Positions 59,201-64,000 of a stretch of 64,000 bases of DNA are shown here, piece after piece; position 1 is the first letter of the stretch; every line of letters starts with the position of its first letter. Below the pieces are notes generated by a model, which was not told the DNA's origin, made no database searches, and worked only from the letters and a program-made list of their open reading frames with translations. The stretch is from Naegleria gruberi (taxonomy: Eukaryota): the NCBI GenBank assembly GCA_000004985.1, contig GG738873.1; one strand, given 5' to 3'. The position numbers and the translations under genes are program-made.

Positions 59201-62200
59201 NNNNNNNNNNNNNNNNNNNNNNNNNNNNNNNNNNNNNNNNNNNNNNNNNNNNNNNNNNNNNNNNNNNNNNNNNNNNNNNNNNNNNNNNNNNNNNNNNNNN
59301 NNNNNNNNNNNNNNNNNNNNNNNNNNNNNNNNNNNNNNNNNNNNNNNNNNNNNNNNNNNNNNNNNNNNNNNNNNNNNNNNNNNNNNNNNNNNNNNNNNNN
59401 NNNNNNNNNNNNNNNNNNNNNNNNNNNNNNNNNNNNNNNNNNNNNNNNNNNNNNNNNNNNNNNNNNNNNNNNNNNNNNNNNNNNNNNNNNNNNNNNNNNN
59501 NNNNNNNNNNNNNNNNNNNNNNNNNNNNNNNNNNNNNNNNNNNNNNNNNNNNNNNNNNNNNNNNNNNNNNNNNNNNNNNNNNNNNNNNNNNNNNNNNNNN
59601 NNNNNNNNNNNNNNNNNNNNNNNNNNNNNNNNNNNNNNNNNNNNNNNNNNNNNNNNNNNNNNNNNNNNNNNNNNNNNNNNNNNNNNNNNNNNNNNNNNNN
59701 NNNNNNNNNNNNNNNNNNNNNNNNNNNNNNNNNNNNNNNNNNNNNNNNNNNNNNNNNNNNNNNNNNNNNNNNNNNNNNNNNNNNNNNNNNNNNNNNNNNN
59801 NNNNNNNNNNNNNNNNNNNNNNNNNNNNNNNNNNNNNNNNNNNNNNNNNNNNNNNNNNNNNNNNNNNNNNNNNNNNNNNNNNNNNNNNNNNNNNNNNNNN
59901 NNNNNNNNNNNNNNNNNNNNNNNNNNNNNNNNNNNNNNNNNNNNNNNNNNNNNNNNNNNNNNNNNNNNNNNNNNNNNNNNNNNNNNNNNNNNNNNNNNNN
60001 NNNNNNNNNNNNNNNNNNNNNNNNNNNNNNNNNNNNNNNNNNNNNNNNNNNNNNNNNNNNNNNNNNNNNNNNNNNNNNNNNNNNNNNNNNNNNNNNNNNN
60101 NNNNNNNNNNNNNNNNNNNNNNNNNNNNNNNNNNNNNNNNNNNNNNNNNNNNNNNNNNNNNNNNNNNNNNNNNNNNNNNNNNNNNNNNNNNNNNNNNNNN
60201 NNNNNNNNNNNNNNNNNNNNNNNNNNNNNNNNNNNNNNNNNNNNNNNNNNNNNNNNNNNNNNNNNNNNNNNNNNNNNNNNNNNNNNNNNNNNNNNNNNNN
60301 NNNNNNNNNNNNNNNNNNNNNNNNNNNNNNNNNNNNNNNNNNNNNNNNNNNNNNNNNNNNNNNNNNNNNNNNNNNNNNNNNNNNNNNNNNNNNNNNNNNN
60401 NNNNNNNNNNNNNNNNNNNNNNNNNNNNNNNNNNNNNNNNNNNNNNNNNNNNNNNNNNNNNNNNNNNNNNNNNNNNNNNNNNNNNNNNNNNNNNNNNNNN
60501 NNNNNNNNNNNNNNNNNNNNNNNNNNNNNNNNNNNNNNNNNNNNNNNNNNNNNNNNNNNNNNNNNNNNNNNNNNNNNNNNNNNNNNNNNNNNNNNNNNNN
60601 NNNNNNNNNNNNNNNNNNNNNNNNNNNNNNNNNNNNNNNNNNNNNNNNNNNNNNNNNNNNNNNNNNNNNNNNNNNNNNNNNNNNNNNNNNNNNNNNNNNN
60701 NNNNNNNNNNNNNNNNNNNNNNNNNNNNNNNNNNNNNNNNNNNNNNNNNNNNNNNNNNNNNNNNNNNNNNNNNNNNNNNNNNNNNNNNNNNNNNNNNNNN
60801 NNNNNNNNNNNNNNNNNNNNNNNNNNNNNNNNNNNNNNNNNNNNNNNNNNNNNNNNNNNNNNNNNNNNNNNNNNNNNNNNNNNNNNNNNNNNNNNNNNNN
60901 NNNNNNNNNNNNNNNNNNNNNNNNNNNNNNNNNNNNNNNNNNNNNNNNNNNNNNNNNNNNNNNNNNNNNNNNNNNNNNNNNNNNNNNNNNNNNNNNNNNN
61001 NNNNNNNNNNNNNNNNNNNNNNNNNNNNNNNNNNNNNNNNNNNNNNNNNNNNNNNNNNNNNNNNNNNNNNNNNNNNNNNNNNNNNNNNNNNNNNNNNNNN
61101 NNNNNNNNNNNNNNNNNNNNNNNNNNNNNNNNNNNNNNNNNNNNNNNNNNNNNNNNNNNNNNNNNNNNNNNNNNNNNNNNNNNNNNNNNNNNNNNNNNNN
61201 NNNNNNNNNNNNNNNNNNNNNNNNNNNNNNNNNNNNNNNNNNNNNNNNNNNNNNNNNNNNNNNNNNNNNNNNNNNNNNNNNNNNNNNNNNNNNNNNNNNN
61301 NNNNNNNNNNNNNNNNNNNNNNNNNNNNNNNNNNNNNNNNNNNNNNNNNNNNNNNNNNNNNNNNNNNNNNNNNNNNNNNNNNNNNNNNNNNNNNNNNNNN
61401 NNNNNNNNNNNNNNNNNNNNNNNNNNNNNNNNNNNNNNNNNNNNNNNNNNNNNNNNNNNNNNNNNNNNNNNNNNNNNNNNNNNNNNNNNNNNNNNNNNNN
61501 NNNNNNNNNNNNNNNNNNNNNNNNNNNNNNNNNNNNNNNNNNNNNNNNNNNNNNNNNNNNNNNNNNNNNNNNNNNNNNNNNNNNNNNNNNNNNNNNNNNN
61601 NNNNNNNNNNNNNNNNNNNNNNNNNNNNNNNNNNNNNNNNNNNNNNNNNNNNNNNNNNNNNNNNNNNNNNNNNNNNNNNNNNNNNNNNNNNNNNNNNNNN
61701 NNNNNNNNNNNNNNNNNNNNNNNNNNNNNNNNNNNNNNNNNNNNNNNNNNNNNNNNNNNNNNNNNNNNNNNNNNNNNNNNNNNNNNNNNNNNNNNNNNNN
61801 NNNNNNNNNNNNNNNNNNNNNNNNNNNNNNNNNNNNNNNNNNNNNNNNNNNNNNNNNNNNNNNNNNNNNNNNNNNNNNNNNNNNNNNNNNNNNNNNNNNN
61901 NNNNNNNNNNNNNNNNNNNNNNNNNNNNNNNNNNNNNNNNNNNNNNNNNNNNNNNNNNNNNNNNNNNNNNNNNNNNNNNNNNNNNNNNNNNNNNNNNNNN
62001 NNNNNNNNNNNNNNNNNNNNNNNNNNNNNNNNNNNNNNNNNNNNNNNNNNNNNNNNNNNNNNNNNNNNNNNNNNNNNNNNNNNNNNNNNNNNNNNNNNNN
62101 NNNNNNNNNNNNNNNNNNNNNNNNNNNNNNNNNNNNNNNNNNNNNNNNNNNNNNNNNNNNNNNNNNNNNNNNNNNNNNNNNNNNNNNNNNNNNNNNNNNN

Positions 62201-64000
62201 NNNNNNNNNNNNNNNNNNNNNNNNNNNNNNNNNNNNNNNNNNNNNNNNNNNNNNNNNNNNNNNNNNNNNNNNNNNNNNNNNNNNNNNNNNNNNNNNNNNN
62301 NNNNNNNNNNNNNNNNNNNNNNNNNNNNNNNNNNNNNNNNNNNNNNNNNNNNNNNNNNNNNNNNNNNNNNNNNNNNNNNNNNNNNNNNNNNNNNNNNNNN
62401 NNNNNNNNNNNNNNNNNNNNNNNNNNNNNNNNNNNNNNNNNNNNNNNNNNNNNNNNNNNNNNNNNNNNNNNNNNNNNNNNNNNNNNNNNNNNNNNNNNNN
62501 NNNNNNNNNNNNNNNNNNNNNNNNNNNNNNNNNNNNNNNNNNNNNNNNNNNNNNNNNNNNNNNNNNNNNNNNNNNNNNNNNNNNNNNNNNNNNNNNNNNN
62601 NNNNNNNNNNNNNNNNNNNNNNNNNNNNNNNNNNNNNNNNNNNNNNNNNNNNNNNNNNNNNNNNNNNNNNNNNNNNNNNNNNNNNNNNNNNNNNNNNNNN
62701 NNNNNNNNNNNNNNNNNNNNNNNNNNNNNNNNNNNNNNNNNNNNNNNNNNNNNNNNNNNNNNNNNNNNNNNNNNNNNNNNNNNNNNNNNNNNNNNNNNNN
62801 NNNNNNNNNNNNNNNNNNNNNNNNNNNNNNNNNNNNNNNNNNNNNNNNNNNNNNNNNNNNNNNNNNNNNNNNNNNNNNNNNNNNNNNNNNNNNNNNNNNN
62901 NNNNNNNNNNNNNNNNNNNNNNNNNNNNNNNNNNNNNNNNNNNNNNNNNNNNNNNNNNNNNNNNNNNNNNNNNNNNNNNNNNNNNNNNNNNNNNNNNNNN
63001 NNNNNNNNNNNNNNNNNNNNNNNNNNNNNNNNNNNNNNNNNNNNNNNNNNNNNNNNNNNNNNNNNNNNNNNNNNNNNNNNNNNNNNNNNNNNNNNNNNNN
63101 NNNNNNNNNNNNNNNNNNNNNNNNNNNNNNNNNNNNNNNNNNNNNNNNNNNNNNNNNNNNNNNNNNNNNNNNNNNNNNNNNNNNNNNNNNNNNNNNNNNN
63201 NNNNNNNNNNNNNNNNNNNNNNNNNNNNNNNNNNNNNNNNNNNNNNNNNNNNNNNNNNNNNNNNNNNNNNNNNNNNNNNNNNNNNNNNNNNNNNNNNNNN
63301 NNNNNNNNNNNNNNNNNNNNNNNNNNNNNNNNNNNNNNNNNNNNNNNNNNNNNNNNNNNNNNNNNNNNNNNNNNNNNNNNNNNNNNNNNNNNNNNNNNNN
63401 NNNNNNNNNNNNNNNNNNNNNNNNNNNNNNNNNNNNNNNNNNNNNNNNNNNNNNNNNNNNNNNNNNNNNNNNNNNNNNNNNNNNNNNNNNNNNNNNNNNN
63501 NNNNNNNNNNNNNNNNNNNNNNNNNNNNNNNNNNNNNNNNNNNNNNNNNNNNNNNNNNNNNNNNNNNNNNNNNNNNNNNNNNNNNNNNNNNNNNNNNNNN
63601 NNNNNNNNNNNNNNNNNNNNNNNNNNNNNNNNNNNNNNNNNNNNNNNNNNNNNNNNNNNNNNNNNNNNNNNNNNNNNNNNNNNNNNNNNNNNNNNNNNNN
63701 NNNNNNNNNNNNNNNNNNNNNNNNNNNNNNNNNNNNNNNNNNNNNNNNNNNNNNNNNNNNNNNNNNNNNNNNNNNNNNNNNNNNNNNNNNNNNNNNNNNN
63801 NNNNNNNNNNNNNNNNNNNNNNNNNNNNNNNNNNNNNNNNNNNNNNNNNNNNNNNNNNNNNNNNNNNNNNNNNNNNNNNNNNNNNNNNNNNNNNNNNNNN
63901 NNNNNNNNNNNNNNNNNNNNNNNNNNNNNNNNNNNNNNNNNNNNNNNNNNNNNNNNNNNNNNNNNNNNNNNNNNNNNNNNNNNNNNNNNNNNNNNNNNNN
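47289..64000. other. Assembly gap (run of N).
   Basis: 16,712 consecutive N characters. Confidence 1.

Noticed and set aside
47289-64000. A long uniform region as a possible biological feature.
   Set aside because: It is a pure run of N, a scaffold gap. The 50-N run at 46418-46467 is likewise a conventional gap placeholder.

Overview
This is a eukaryotic nuclear scaffold segment with the standard genetic code, about 35% GC, and short GT..AG introns of 36-50 nt with gtaagt, gtaggt, gtatgt or gtgagt donors. Secreted proteins carry N-terminal signal peptides and many NxT/S sequons. The lineage cannot be assigned by eye. Coordinates 47289-64000 are an N gap, and 46418-46467 is a 50-N gap.

The window has three zones.

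(i) 1-33 kb is gene-dense. It contains:
- an intronless >1990-aa EGF-like/LamG(ConA-like) modular extracellular protein on the minus strand, running off the window start;
- a tandem array of six paralogous genes, on both strands, each encoding a signal peptide, an N-glycosylated helical stalk, an RCC1-like seven-blade propeller and a Kelch propeller;
- a TraB-family gene, a serine-rich coiled-coil/LRR gene and an N-myristoylated PPPDE/LRAT-like gene among them.

(ii) 33-46 kb is gene-poor and repeat/TE-rich. It contains:
- an intact Crypton-like tyrosine-recombinase ORF (38671-39942) flanked by diverged ~600-bp direct repeats;
- a second, degraded recombinase fragment (45441-45644, minus) next to a DIRS/Ngaro-like split-direct-repeat arrangement;
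- a Stowaway-like MITE with TA target-site duplication (12692-13086, in zone i), two foldback/inverted-repeat structures and (AT)n microsatellites.

(iii) 46.4-47.3 kb is a second paralog of the giant EGF gene. Its C-terminal tail is a 15-nt (pentapeptide N-[F/I/L]-T-x-x) tandem array of glycosylation sequons, collapsed into the 50-N gap.

The most notable system is the clustered secreted RCC1-Kelch double-propeller family bracketed by the two EGF/LamG giant-gene paralogs.
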